From the NCBI GenBank assembly GCA_963772725.1, contig CAVYYI010000004.1:192001-256000 (forward strand): DNA of 64,000 bases, given 5' to 3'. Shown in pieces: positions 30,912 through 41,900 of this stretch. How positions within the stretch are numbered: position 1 is the stretch's first letter; every line of letters begins with the position of its first letter. Source of the stretch: an uncultured Phycisphaerales bacterium (lineage in GTDB: Bacteria > Planctomycetota > Phycisphaerae > Sedimentisphaerales > Anaerobacaceae). Below the pieces are notes generated by a model. The model made no database searches, had not been told where the DNA came from, and was given only the letters and a program-made list of their open reading frames with translations. The translations under genes were made by a program, and so were the position numbers.

Positions 30912-33209
30912 ATGAAAAATGAAAAACGAATAGTCAAAAACAGCAATTTGTGGCCTTTGGGTTTGACGCTGCGGTTTTGGACTTTCAGCTTTTCGGTGTT
31001 AATTAGTCTGTCGCAGATGTGTTTTGCGGTAACCAGCGAGGTTGTCCGGCATAAAAGCGGTTCCGACCTGCTTGAAGGGCAGACCTTCAATACTGTCGTC
31101 GGCTCAAAGGGAACTATTCAGCTCGGCGTATCCGCTAAAGCAATTGTTGATAAATTCGACAATGCCTGGTCGGTAAACTGTGTCGTTGTCAATGACGGGG
31201 CGATTTACGCCGGCACCAGCCCCAATGGCGGCATCTATAAGTACGCAATGGGTAAACTGGCCAGAATTTATCCTGAAACGGATAAAAGCGATGCCGCGGT
31301 GAAAACACCCAGCAAGGCCGACGCGAATGAGCCGAATGACGCCAACACTGTTTTAGCGGAGAAACATTTGTCCAATGAGCATATTTTTGCTATGGCTACA
31401 GATGTTTCGGGCAGGCTTCTGGCGGGTGTAAGCGGAGAAAAATGCAGACTTATCAGGTTTGAGTCCGGAAAGGCTAAGGTTATTTTTGAACCGAATGACA
31501 CCAAGTATATTTTTGCGATTGTTTGTGACCGCAAGGGCAATATCTATATTGGCACCGGGCCAAGAGGCAAAATTTTTGGGTTGGATTCATTGGGCAGAAA
31601 TCCGCATCTTGTTTACCAGACCCTTGAAAAGAACATTCTTTCACTGGCGGCGGGAAAGGACGGCATGCTTTATGCGGGAACGGATACTAAAGGTTTGGTC
31701 TATAAAATAAATCCCGCGGCTAAAAGCGCATCGGTATTATATGACAGCGACCAGCAGGAACTTACTTCGCTTTTATTCGGAGATGACGGCAATTTATACG
31801 CGGCCGCGACGGCTGCCGGAATTGTTTCATCGCAGGCTAAATTTGCGGTGGAGATAACGCTGGCGGGTCGTCCTGAGTCTCAGCCGAGCAAAGGAAAGGA
31901 CAGCGACGCAGCCAAAGGCGGACTGAAACTTCAAATTGCCAACACTAAAAAAGAGCCTGAGGAAAAGAAACCGACCGAGCAATTGCCTTCTGTTAAGTTC
32001 ACCAAAATCGAGCCAGGCGAGTTACATATACAAAATAACCCCGGAGGGTTTTGTAACGAGTGTTTTCAGTGAGCCTGTGGTGCTGTTCTGCCTGGCGAAA
32101 AAAGAGCAGACAATTTTCGTCGGTACAGGAAATGACGGACAGCTTTTCGCGGTAGAGCCTGCCGAGGAACAGCAGAAAATCTTGTATAAAAATGAGCAGG
32201 CTTCGCAGATAACCGCTGTGGCCATTTCGGGCAGGGATACTTATATCGGTACGGCCAATCCCGCGAAGCTTATAAAACTGGGTGAGAGATTTTCCTCTGA
32301 AGGCTCTTATATTTCCAAACTTGTTGACGGGAGTCAGCCGGCGCAATGGGGAAAACTCCAGGTTGACGCGGATATTCCGGAGGATTGTTCGGTTTGGGCG
32401 GCCTGTCGAAGCGGAAACGTTAAGGATATTAACAGTCCGACTTTTTCGGCGTGGACAAAGGCTGTCGAATTAAAAGATCCGATTGAGCTTGATTGTCCTG
32501 TCGCGAGATTCTGTCAGTATAAATTGATTCTGAAAAGTAATGACGGCAAAAAGAGCCCGCTGGTAAGAGAAATAGCCGTTGCCTATACTGTTCCGAATCT
32601 GCCGCCTAAAGTGGAGTCGCTCAATGTCAGCCGAATGGATACGCCTAACAGGCCGGGAATATTGAAAATCAGTTATAAAGCCAGAGATGAGAATAAGGAC
32701 AAGCTGATTTACAGGATTGATTTCCGCAAAGCCGGCAGGCAGGAGTGGATAAAAATCAAGGATGAAATTGAACAGGAAAACTTTGAATGGGAAGGCAGGA
32801 CTGTCGAGGATGGGCGATATGAAATCAGGCTGGCTGCCAGCGATGAGAGAAGCAATACTCCCGAAACAAAACTGGCGGACAGCAGAATAAGTGACCCTGT
32901 TGTCGTCGATAATACCGGACCGGTCATTGGAAATGTTGATATCAAAATTGATGATAGTAAAAAAACAGCGACAATGAAATTGACCGCGCCGATGAACTGA
33001 GCGCTATCGGTAAGCTTGATTATACTGTCAACAGCAATGATAAATGGAAAGGTGTTCTGCCTGATGACCTTGTTTATGATACAACTGTCGAGACGTTTAC
33101 CATTTTTATAGAAAAATTAAATCCCGGCGAAAATGTAATCAGTCTCAGGGCTGTTGACGCTGTCGGCAATGGCACATATAAAAGTTTTGATGTAACCGTG
33201 AAAAAGTAA
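30912..33209 (+). CDS. Exported beta-propeller protein with C-terminal Ig/FN3-like domains (two frameshifts)
   Basis: Repeated G.(I/L)Y.GT...G.(I/V)(Y/F) blades. ORFs 30912-32072, 31936-33000 and a tail ending at TAA 33209. Confidence 0.75.
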
Positions 33210-33218
33210 TTAACGATT

Positions 33219-34073
33219 ATGCGATATATTGATTATGAACAAATTGTAAAGGCTGTCGAATCGCTTTGCGTACAGGCGTGTTATCAGCTGCCGCAGGATG
33301 TGCTGGCTGCCCTCGAAAAAGCCGCCAAGAATGAATCCTCTCCACTGGCGAAAAAGATACTGAATCAGCTTATCGAGAACAGTACCATCGCGAAAAATGA
33401 GAATATACCGTTATGCCAGGATACCGGCCTTACGGTTGCGTTTATCGAGCAGGGGGGCGAAGTCGCGATAAAAGCTCCTGCCGGTAAAACTCTGTTCGAT
33501 GCTGTCAATGACGGCGTTGCCGCCGGTTATGAAAAGGGTTATCTGCGTAAGAGTATTGTGGCTGAACCGTTGAATAATCGGAAAAATACCGGCTCAAATG
33601 TCCCCGCGGTGATTCATTATTTAGTTGTCCCAGGCGACAAGCTCAAAATTACAATTATGGCCAAAGGCGGCGGCTGCGAGAATAAAAGCCAGTTCAAGAT
33701 GTTCCGCCCGACCGCGGATAAGCAAGAAATAATCGACTGGGTGGTTGATGTTGTCAAACAGGCAGGTGCCGATGCCTGTCCGCCTTTTGTGGTCGGTGTG
33801 GGCTTAGGCGGAGATTTCGAATTAAGCTGCCTGTTGAGTAAAAAGGCCCTGCTGCGAAAACTCGGCCAGCGCAGCAGCAGCAAATTTTACGCGGAACTTG
33901 AAACTGATATGCTCAAAAAAATCAATTCACTTGACATAGGCCCGCTGGGCTTAGGCGGCCAAACAACCGCTTTGGATTGTATGGTCGAATTTGCTCCCTG
34001 CCACATCGCCTCATTACCGGCCGCGGTGAATATCGAATGCCACTCCCACCGCCATAAATCGATTGTCATTTGA
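33219..34073 (+). CDS. Fe-S fumarate/tartrate hydro-lyase alpha subunit
   Basis: PLCQDTG, KGGGCEN, ACPP, GLGG and CHIASLP motifs. Confidence 0.92.
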   Translation: MRYIDYEQIVKAVESLCVQACYQLPQDVLAALEKAAKNESSPLAKKILNQLIENSTIAKNENIPLCQDTGLTVAFIEQGGEVAIKAPAGKTLFDAVNDGVAAGYEKGYLRKSIVAEPLNNRKNTGSNVPAVIHYLVVPGDKLKITIMAKGGGCENKSQFKMFRPTADKQEIIDWVVDVVKQAGADACPPFVVGVGLGGDFELSCLLSKKALLRKLGQRSSSKFYAELETDMLKKINSLDIGPLGLGGQTTALDCMVEFAPCHIASLPAAVNIECHSHRHKSIVI

Positions 34074-34086
34074 CCTTAAAGAATAT

Positions 34087-35454
34087 TTAGTCGTCCCTGA
34101 AAAAGTAGATTTCAGTTTCAGGCGGCATATGTAAGCTGGGCAAATTCTGCCGACAGCCCCAAATTTTGAATAAACCGGCAAAGCCAAAAAATAATTTTCC
34201 GCAGCAACTTGCGGATATTAAACCCGCAAGCCTCAATATCGCATTAACCTTATCGCCTTCGACGCCCTTGAGGTAGTTTCTGTCCAGACCGTTATCAGAT
34301 TTACAATGTCCTATCACAGGCTCAATCATACTTCGCCTGCTGTACCACTTTCGAATACTTCTCGGCAGCTTTCGCCAGCCCCTTTTGACGATATGAACCT
34401 CCGCAATATCTCCACAGCCATGACCTTTGTACCCATCATCAACATAAACATCTTCAAAACCTTTTTTATCCAGCAGTTTCATCGTCTGGGAGAGTGTATC
34501 TTTTAACGTATGTCCATCATATGGATTCCCTTCAAAAGCAACCGCTGCGACTACAAAGGCGTTTTGAGCGGGAGACGCCAGTGCCACCTTACAGCCAAAC
34601 TCATACTTCTTGTGTGCCTTGCCCTTGCTTATGCAGTTAACCTCCGGCGCGTGAATACTGTATAGCTTGTTACTGCTGTCCCGTTTCTGTGATAATAACA
34701 TCCTGGACATATCGAGCAATTCTGAAAACTCCTGCTGCAATTGAGGCTTCTGCAATATCTTACGCTCTATATCCCTTGTAACTCTTCCCAGACAGGTCTT
34801 TAGTTTCCTTAATTGCTTATCCGCTTTTTTGAACTGCCTGGCGTGTGAAAATCTGTGCTGCATAACAAAAGCCCTTTTGGCTACCCTCTGATAACTCTGC
34901 CGAAGTTCTATGTCATTATCCTGTGCCTTTTTGACAAGCTTTATTCTCATCTTATGATAAAGGCGTGCATCGGTCGGAAAGGCTGTCGCCTTTTCCTGCA
35001 CCGTTGTATCGACTACTATCTTTTTTAACTGATGCGGTTTAACTGTGCCGGTTTTAAGGCCTGCGCTTATGGTCTGCTCAAGCAGCTTTTCCATACCAGC
35101 GTCCTTAATCCGGTTACGCCATTTGGTCATACTGGTTGGGTCAATCGGAAATTCATGCTGAAAATATTGCTCTCCGCAAAAATACTGCCAGTAAGGATTC
35201 TCTATCCATCTCTCAACTACAGACTCATCGCTGAGATTATATGCGCTTTTGAGATAATGAAGTCCTGCCATAAGGCGGGTGGGTTTGGCTGGTCTGCCGA
35301 AGCCCGGATCATAGAGTTTACCGAAGGCGGCATCAAACTCTGACCAGATGATGATATTTGCCAGTTTATATAAAGGATGCTGCTCGTTTAGTATCTGCTC
35401 CAGCTTCGAGGTGAATAACATTGACTGGGAATTGCTTTGTTGTTTAGGCTGCAT
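34087..35454 (-). CDS. IS5 family transposase (frameshift near the C-terminus)
   Basis: HPLYKLA..ENPYWQYFCG..VDTTVQEK..KYEFGCK..IEPVIGHCK. Confidence 0.92.
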   Translation of the reverse strand: MQPKQQSNSQSMLFTSKLEQILNEQHPLYKLANIIIWSEFDAAFGKLYDPGFGRPAKPTRLMAGLHYLKSAYNLSDESVVERWIENPYWQYFCGEQYFQHEFPIDPTSMTKWRNRIKDAGMEKLLEQTISAGLKTGTVKPHQLKKIVVDTTVQEKATAFPTDARLYHKMRIKLVKKAQDNDIELRQSYQRVAKRAFVMQHRFSHARQFKKADKQLRKLKTCLGRVTRDIERKILQKPQLQQEFSELLDMSRMLLSQKRDSSNKLYSIHAPEVNCISKGKAHKKYEFGCKVALASPAQNAFVVAAVAFEGNPYDGHTLKDTLSQTMKLLDKKGFEDVYVDDGYKGHGCGDIAEVHIVKRGWRKLPRSIRKWYSRRSMIEPVIGHCKSDNGLDRNYLKGVEGDKVNAILRLAGLISASCCGKLFFGFAGLFKIWGCRQNLPSLHMPPETEIYFFRDD

Positions 35455-35494
35455 AAAAACCTCCATGTTTTGCAAGGAAATTAATAATAAATAT

Positions 35495-37031
35495 GTAATG
35501 GGTCAGTTATGGGTGGGAGATATTGATTTTGCTGTAAGTATTAAGGTCCTCAAGTTTATGGCGTAGGATTTCCGATAAAATCCACAGTTTGATGAGATAA
35601 GACAAACAAATCGGGAATAAACGCAGATGATTTACTGTCAGCAATGCCTTGAAAAACAACGTAAAATCGATGAGCTTCAGGAACAGATAGTTTCACTCAA
35701 GGCAAAATTACGACACAAGGAAAGGACAGCCCAAGAAGGTTTTTTCGGCTCATCCACGCCATCCGCTAAAATTCCCATTAAGCCGAATTGTCAGATAGAA
35801 CACACAAATAATTGCGGCGGAGGCAAAACAGGTCATAAAGGTCACGGCAGAACCGGTGTCTGTGAAAAAGATGCGGACTATGTGCAAAGGGTTAAAGGCA
35901 GCCGATATATGCCCTGATTGCGGAAGCGTTTTGGAGAACAAAGGCACAAGACAACGAGCGGTAATTGATTGCCAGCCTGTTAAGATAAAAAAGCTTCTGT
36001 ATAATTTGGAACGCAAGTATTGTCCGCGATGCCAAAAGGTAGTTGCCGCCAAACCTCCTGGTGTTCTGCCAAAGTGTTTATATTCGAATAATCTGCTTGT
36101 CTATGTGGCAGTACAGCACTATATCTATGGCAATACACTGGGTCAGATAGAAAAACAAACAGGCATCGGCTACAGCAGTATAGTTGACGCTTTGCACCAG
36201 TTGGCAGGGATATTGAAAGATGTTCCCAAATCACTCATAGAAGACTATCGCAAGGCCGCTGTTAAGCACGCTGATGAGACTGGTTGGCGGACAGACGGCC
36301 AGAACGGTTTCTCGTGGCTGTTTTGCACGCCTGATATTAGTATCTTTCGATTCCGCTCCAGCCGTTCTGCCCGTGTAGCCAAAGAGGTTTTTGGCGAAAA
36401 GCCCTTGCCGGGTGTTCTGGTTGTGGATCGCTATAACGGCTACAATAGGATGCCTTGTAAGATTCAATATTGTTATGCACATCTATTGCGTAATGTTAAG
36501 GATTTGGAAAAAGATTTTCCCGAAAACGTGGAAATCAGGTCTTTCGTTGAAGCGTTGGTCTCCCAGTTGGCTAATGCAATCAGCCTTCGCACATTAGATA
36601 TAACAGACCGACAGTTTAAGCGGCAGGCAGCTAAAATTAAGAGAGCCATCATCGATATTGTTAATCACCATGCCAACCATCCGGCCATCCAGAATATGCA
36701 GGATATTTTTCGTGAAAAGGCCGATAGGCTTTACCACTGGGCCGATGACCGTAAGGTACCGGCAGATAACAATTTGGCTGAACGAGAACTGCGTCCGCTT
36801 GTTATTGCCAGAAAGATAAGTTTCGGCTCTCAATCTGAAGATGGGGCAAAAACGCGTGAGATTCTTATGACGGTATTACATACTATGCGAAAAAGATGTC
36901 CGGATGTTGTTGATGCCTTCAAGTCTGCCCTCGACAAACTTGCCGAACAGCCTGATATAGACCTTTCCAAAGTTCTCTTCCGTGCCGACTCATCATAACC
37001 TGCACCTGCCCACCCATAACTGACCCATTAC
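35495..37031 (+). mobile_element. IS66 family element, single-ORF (ISBst12-like) type
   Basis: Perfect 23-bp IRs GTAATGGGTCAGTTATGGGTGGG (35495-35517) / 37009-37031. 8-bp direct repeat ATAAATAT at 35487-35494 and 37032-37039. Confidence 0.95.
35627..36998 (+). CDS. IS66 transposase (frameshift near 35900)
   Basis: SSTPS..GHKGHGR, CPDCG, HADETGWR, CYAHLLR and DNNLAERELRP motifs. Confidence 0.9.
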
Positions 37032-37273
37032 ATAAATATCATTTCCTTGCAATTTAGCGCCAGATTTTTAAATTGCAAGCCTTTATATACAAAAAAGTTA
37101 AATTATTTTTCAGGGACGACTATTTAATCGCTGATTACGCGGATACCGCTGATTTTACTTTTCACCACCAAGACTCCAAGACACGAAAGTTGTAATCTGA
37201 TGGAGATTTTGGTATTATTGTTGAAAAAGAAAGCTTGGTTGTGTAGCTATGCGTTTAATATGGGAAATGTCAG

Positions 37274-37906
37274 ATGAATGTCGTTAAATCATTATTATAT
37301 TTTTTAATGTTTATCACTACGGTTTCATTAAGCTCATGTACCTCTTCGAATTCGGAGCAAAGTGTGGCCAAATATTCTGTTATTAAAAAAGAGGGCAATT
37401 TCGAGATTAGACAATATCAGCCTTGCATCGTTGCCGAAACTATAGTTGAATCTGACTTTGATAATGCAGGCAATATAGCCTTCAGGAGGCTTTTTAATTA
37501 TATTTCCGGGCAAAACCGTAAAAAGGAATCTATTGCAATGACAGCACCGGTAAATCAAAAGGTCGTCTCAGAAAAGATTCCTATGACCACACCTGTCAAT
37601 CAGCAGAAGTCTGCTGACAAATTTATTGTTAGTTTCGTTATGCCTTCGAAATACACACTGGAGACTTTACCCCAACCGCTTGACTCAAACATTGTCTTAA
37701 AACAAGTTCCCGCTAAAAAAATTGCTGCGATACGATATTCCGGAACATGGAGCCAAAAGAAATATAATGAACACAAGGCAGAGCTTGAGCAGTTCATTAA
37801 GCAAAATGGTCTCAAGGCTACAGGTACAGATATTTTTGCAAGATATGATCCACCATTTCAACTGTGGTTTCTGAGGCGAAATGAGGTTTGGATACCTGTA
37901 GAATAA
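37274..37906 (+). CDS. SOUL heme-binding family lipoprotein
   Basis: FEIRQY, FRRLFNYISGQN, IAMTAPV, FVMP and YDPP..RRNEVW motifs. Confidence 0.9.
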   Translation: MNVVKSLLYFLMFITTVSLSSCTSSNSEQSVAKYSVIKKEGNFEIRQYQPCIVAETIVESDFDNAGNIAFRRLFNYISGQNRKKESIAMTAPVNQKVVSEKIPMTTPVNQQKSADKFIVSFVMPSKYTLETLPQPLDSNIVLKQVPAKKIAAIRYSGTWSQKKYNEHKAELEQFIKQNGLKATGTDIFARYDPPFQLWFLRRNEVWIPVE

Positions 37907-37967
37907 TAGAACACTTACAGGGTTTTTTTTGTGTACATATGGAAACTAATCTATTTCTGAAATTATT

Positions 37968-38657
37968 ATGAAAAATCAACTTTTTTTTAAATTATCCTTA
38001 TTACTTACCATTGTATTTATTCAAACAGTCTTCGCCCATCAGCCTCGCATTGTCTATAAGAAACAGATACCTCAAATAAATCCAATGATTATAACAAACC
38101 CTGAGATATCGCAGGTTTTCTATGGCGAGTTAAAAGGACAACCAGAATATTACAAAATTGTTTCCGATAAATCATTTAATCTGTATGTCCGAATTCTATC
38201 CCCCAAAATCGCAGATGCGAGAAAGGACTTCTTCGCTGAAATTGTGAGTGATTCAAATGTTATTGCTATTCTCAACGGTTCAACTTTTAACTGGACTACT
38301 TTTTACGAACCGTTTGTAGGTGACGATTATTGGCAGGGACCTGAATTTCATAAGCAGGAGTCCACAGGCGAATATGTTGTTAAAGTTTATAATTCTGCTA
38401 ATAGCGGGAAATATGTTCTGGTTGTTGGACAAGCAGAGGTTTTTCCGTTGAATGAAACACTTAAGCTATTTGTTTCACTGCCTCAGCTGAAACATTACTT
38501 TGGCAAGCCCGGCTTTAGTGCCTTCTTCAATTTTGTTGGATTATTCTTTTTCATACAGATAATAATTTTTGTGGCAGTGGTTTGGGGAATAGTCTGGTTG
38601 GCAAAAAAACTGAAACAGAAAATATGGACGACGCATAAACGTCTTATTGTTAAATAA
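37968..38657 (+). CDS. Exported or membrane-anchored hypothetical protein
   Basis: Signal peptide (VFA-HQP), FYEPF motif and a C-terminal TM segment. Confidence 0.65.
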   Translation: MKNQLFFKLSLLLTIVFIQTVFAHQPRIVYKKQIPQINPMIITNPEISQVFYGELKGQPEYYKIVSDKSFNLYVRILSPKIADARKDFFAEIVSDSNVIAILNGSTFNWTTFYEPFVGDDYWQGPEFHKQESTGEYVVKVYNSANSGKYVLVVGQAEVFPLNETLKLFVSLPQLKHYFGKPGFSAFFNFVGLFFFIQIIIFVAVVWGIVWLAKKLKQKIWTTHKRLIVK

Positions 38658-38719
38658 ATTTGCGGTGCGACATTAGAGTGTGAGTACCAAACAAATTAAA
38701 GTTCTTAAATTCAAAAAAA

Positions 38720-38915
38720 CAGTGTTAATCGGTGTAAATCCGTGTCGAAAACAGAATATGGAATGTAGAACTCAGAAAAAAACTTTGTGGTTTTAGCGTC
38801 TTTGCGGGAAATAAAAATCTGTGTTTATCTGTGTTCTGCGGACAAAATTTGTCTCTCATCGCTCGTATCTCGTATAAAATAAAAGTCTCTGCGTTCTTCG
38901 CGGCCTCGGCGGTTA
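38720..38915. repeat. Stack of several different 7/9-nt periodic repeat arms between convergent genes
   Basis: CAGTGTTAATCGGTGTAAATCCGTGTC; CAGAATATGGAATGTAGAA; CTTTGTGGTTTTAGCGTCTTTGCGG; ATCTGTGTTTATCTGTG; CTCGTATCTCGTAT; CTCTGCGTTCTTCGCGGCCTCGGCGGTT. Confidence 0.7.
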
Positions 38916-38925
38916 AAAAAGGTGA

Positions 38926-41900
38926 TTACTTGTTTTTGGCGGGTTTTGTGCCGAAAATTCCCAGCGTGTCTTTAATTACCGGCAGCGTTGTAGTTTCTAT
39001 CTTCGGGTCATAGACATTTCCTGAAATCTCTATCCTGACAACCGCCCGCCCTATGCCTTCGGTAAGCGACTGGAAAAGCGATGGTTTGTCGGTTGCGAAC
39101 CTGCTGCCGCGAGCGTTAAGAATAAGGTCGATTTTTTCAGCAGGTATATCCATCCACCCCGTTCCGTCGAAGGCCGCGCTGCGCCCGGACAAATCGAACT
39201 GTTCAAAGAACAATCTGTTATGATTAATATAAGCATCGACAAGCATCTGGCTGAACGCGTAATCCTGCGGCTCGGTAAGTTTCAGTATCATTAATACCTT
39301 CGCCAGTGGCGATAGTTTTCCCACCTGCATATCGGTTATGTTGAGCCTGCACCTGCCTGTTATCGAATTGCTGTCTCCGAACCTGCCGGAAATGCCCAGG
39401 GAACCGTTTATATGTCCGCTGCTATGGCCATTTTGTTTTGTTTCTTTGGCAGGTGCATCCGAAAGAAATTGTTTGAGGTCGGCATCCTTTAAGCTGATTT
39501 CAGCAATATACTGCAATGCCTGCTGTTTGTCCTGCCACATTTTTAGATTGCCGGCTATTCTGCCGCCGTAGAAATATCCGGTCATATCTCTTGTCGATAG
39601 CGTTCCCTGGCTGCTGTCATAATCCAGCCCGGCGGTCAGTTGGGTCAAAGATTTGTTTTTAATTCTTAAACTATCAGCCGCGAAATCTGCGGAAGAGACA
39701 TTTAATCCTTCACCGGCTTTATAACCTCCCTTTACTTTCATAGCGGCGTTAATGTGGGACACTATGGACAATCTGCCCAAACTGAAGTCTTTTAATTTGA
39801 GCGAGCCGGAAAAAACAATATCGTTAATCTCTCCGGCTGAATTTAACATTTTCATATCGCCAATTTCGATATCAAATCTGCCCGCGGGAGATATTTTCAG
39901 GTATTTTTCCCTGATGTTTGGAGGCAGTGCCGCCCCGAGCGTATTATCAGCAGAAATATCCTTTGCTGAAAACTGAAAGGTGCCGTCTTTAAAGTGATGT
40001 TCATCGGTTTCTATTTGTCCATCAACTTTTATGCTTGATGTCTCCTGACCTATGTGGATGCCGTTCGCGGTTTCTGCGGTGATGTTTTTTAACTCGATGC
40101 GGTTCTTTTCTAATTTGATGCAGCCTGTAATGTTCTTCAGCGGATATGGGAATTTACGATAATTTATGCTGTTGCCAAGACAGTCTATTGATATACTGTA
40201 ATCCGGCGTATCCACGCCGTTCGCGTCGTTTACATCGGAGGTCAGCCTGACTTTTCCTGCCGGCTGCAGGTCGGAAGCGATTGCCTTTAACGGTCCTGGC
40301 AGTAAACCGAGCAAATTGTTATTTAGTTCTGCCGGTTCAGTATTGAGTGACAAGCGGTAAAACGGATTTTCGTTTTTGCCGTCAGACCAGATTCGGCCCG
40401 TAAGAAGCTGAATCTTCGCAAACCCTGCGCCGGCAAACCGGCCATAAAAAGCTTTCTGCCTGAACCCAAGGGCATTTTCCAGCGTTGAGTCAATCGGAAT
40501 ATTGTCGGCTTTTATCGCTATATCGTAAGCTATCTTTTGGCCGGAATGACGGATTGTCCTGCCGTTTAATACTATCCTGCGGTCATTAACCTGTGAAATA
40601 ACATCTGAAATAGTTGTTTCATTGCCGTCGAAAGTTAATTTGCCGCTGAGATTTTTCAGCGGATATGGGAAACTATTGAACACCGCATCGACTTTAATGA
40701 GTTCAACGGCGAGGAGATGATTTATTTCTGTCTTGGACCGCTTCCAGAAATGGTAGTCAACCGCGGCAAGGCCGCCTGGTGAAAATTTCGACCAGAGTTC
40801 TTTCTGTTTTTCATTTAATGCGTCATACAGGTCTTTATCCAATGCCATATTTTCGCTTGTCAGCCTTATGTCGTATTGAGCATCCTTCCCCGCCCCGACA
40901 GCATATCCGCTGAACGCCAGATAGACGTCTTTATGGCTGCCCTGCAAGTCCCGCAGCACCGCCTTTTTTTCGGTAATATCAATCAGGCCTGTAATATGCT
41001 CCATAAGATAGGGAAACAAAGAATGGCAAATCGATACGTCCTTGCAATAAACCTGGCCGAGGATTTTGCTTTTATTTAACTGTTCAAAATTGCCCGATGC
41101 CTCAAGTGCGACGTCAACTTGTCCCTGCGGGGTATAACGGTTGATAAATCGCTGCACGATATTAATCATGCCGGAACTTTCCAGGGCTGACTTGTTTATT
41201 AATGCGGGATTGACTTTCAGGCCTTTTTCATATTTGGCCGCGAAGTCTCTTATGTTCAGTTTTAATGAGTAGTTCCTGTTCTTGTCGTAATTCATCTTTA
41301 CAGTCAGTGCCTCTATTTTCCACGAAGCCTCAAACGCGGGCAATTCGTCTGAAGAAATTCCGCCTGTAATCGTTATTTGTCCCGGCTGCCAAAATCCCTT
41401 CAGAGTGCTTTGTGCCCGACCAACACTTTTTCCGGTTGTAATATTAAAGCCGTATCCGCCCTCTGTTTTTTCGTCAAGTCCGAATCTCGCGTCAATGGGT
41501 ATTGCTCCCGCGACCTTAATCTGGCCGCCGGATACTTTGCTGTATTGCAGCTTGCCATTTTTAAGGCGAACAAAAGGCATTTTCCCGCCTCTGCCTTTTG
41601 GCGGATGGATTTCGAGAGATGTTACATTCCATTGGCCTGTTTCCAGATTCTGCTGCGCATCGAAAATAAAATTGTTTATGTTTATTTCCTTCAGTTCAGG
41701 CCGCAGCAGCAGCAAACTTCCTATTCCGAATCGCGCATACACCGTTTCAGCCCTGAGTATTGCATCATTATATTTATGCTCGCGATTAGGCAGAATGGTA
41801 AGTCCTCGAATCAGCACAGAGCCGTTGGGCCGGAATTCAACTGACGAGGTCTTGATTTCCGTATTGGTCAGCTCTCCTATTTGAGCTAAGGCAATTCTGC

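Larger units (their letters stand above)
34090..37120 (-). mobile_element. IS5 family element carrying a nested IS66
   Basis: Perfect 15-bp IRs GTCGTCCCTGAAAAA (34090-34104) / TTTTTCAGGGACGAC (37106-37120). Direct repeat TATTTA at 34084-34089 and 37121-37126. Confidence 0.93.

Noticed and set aside
33219..34073. IS5 insertion destroyed the hydro-lyase beta subunit gene
   Set aside because: The target duplication is intact and no beta-subunit sequence follows 37126. The gene is probably elsewhere in the genome.
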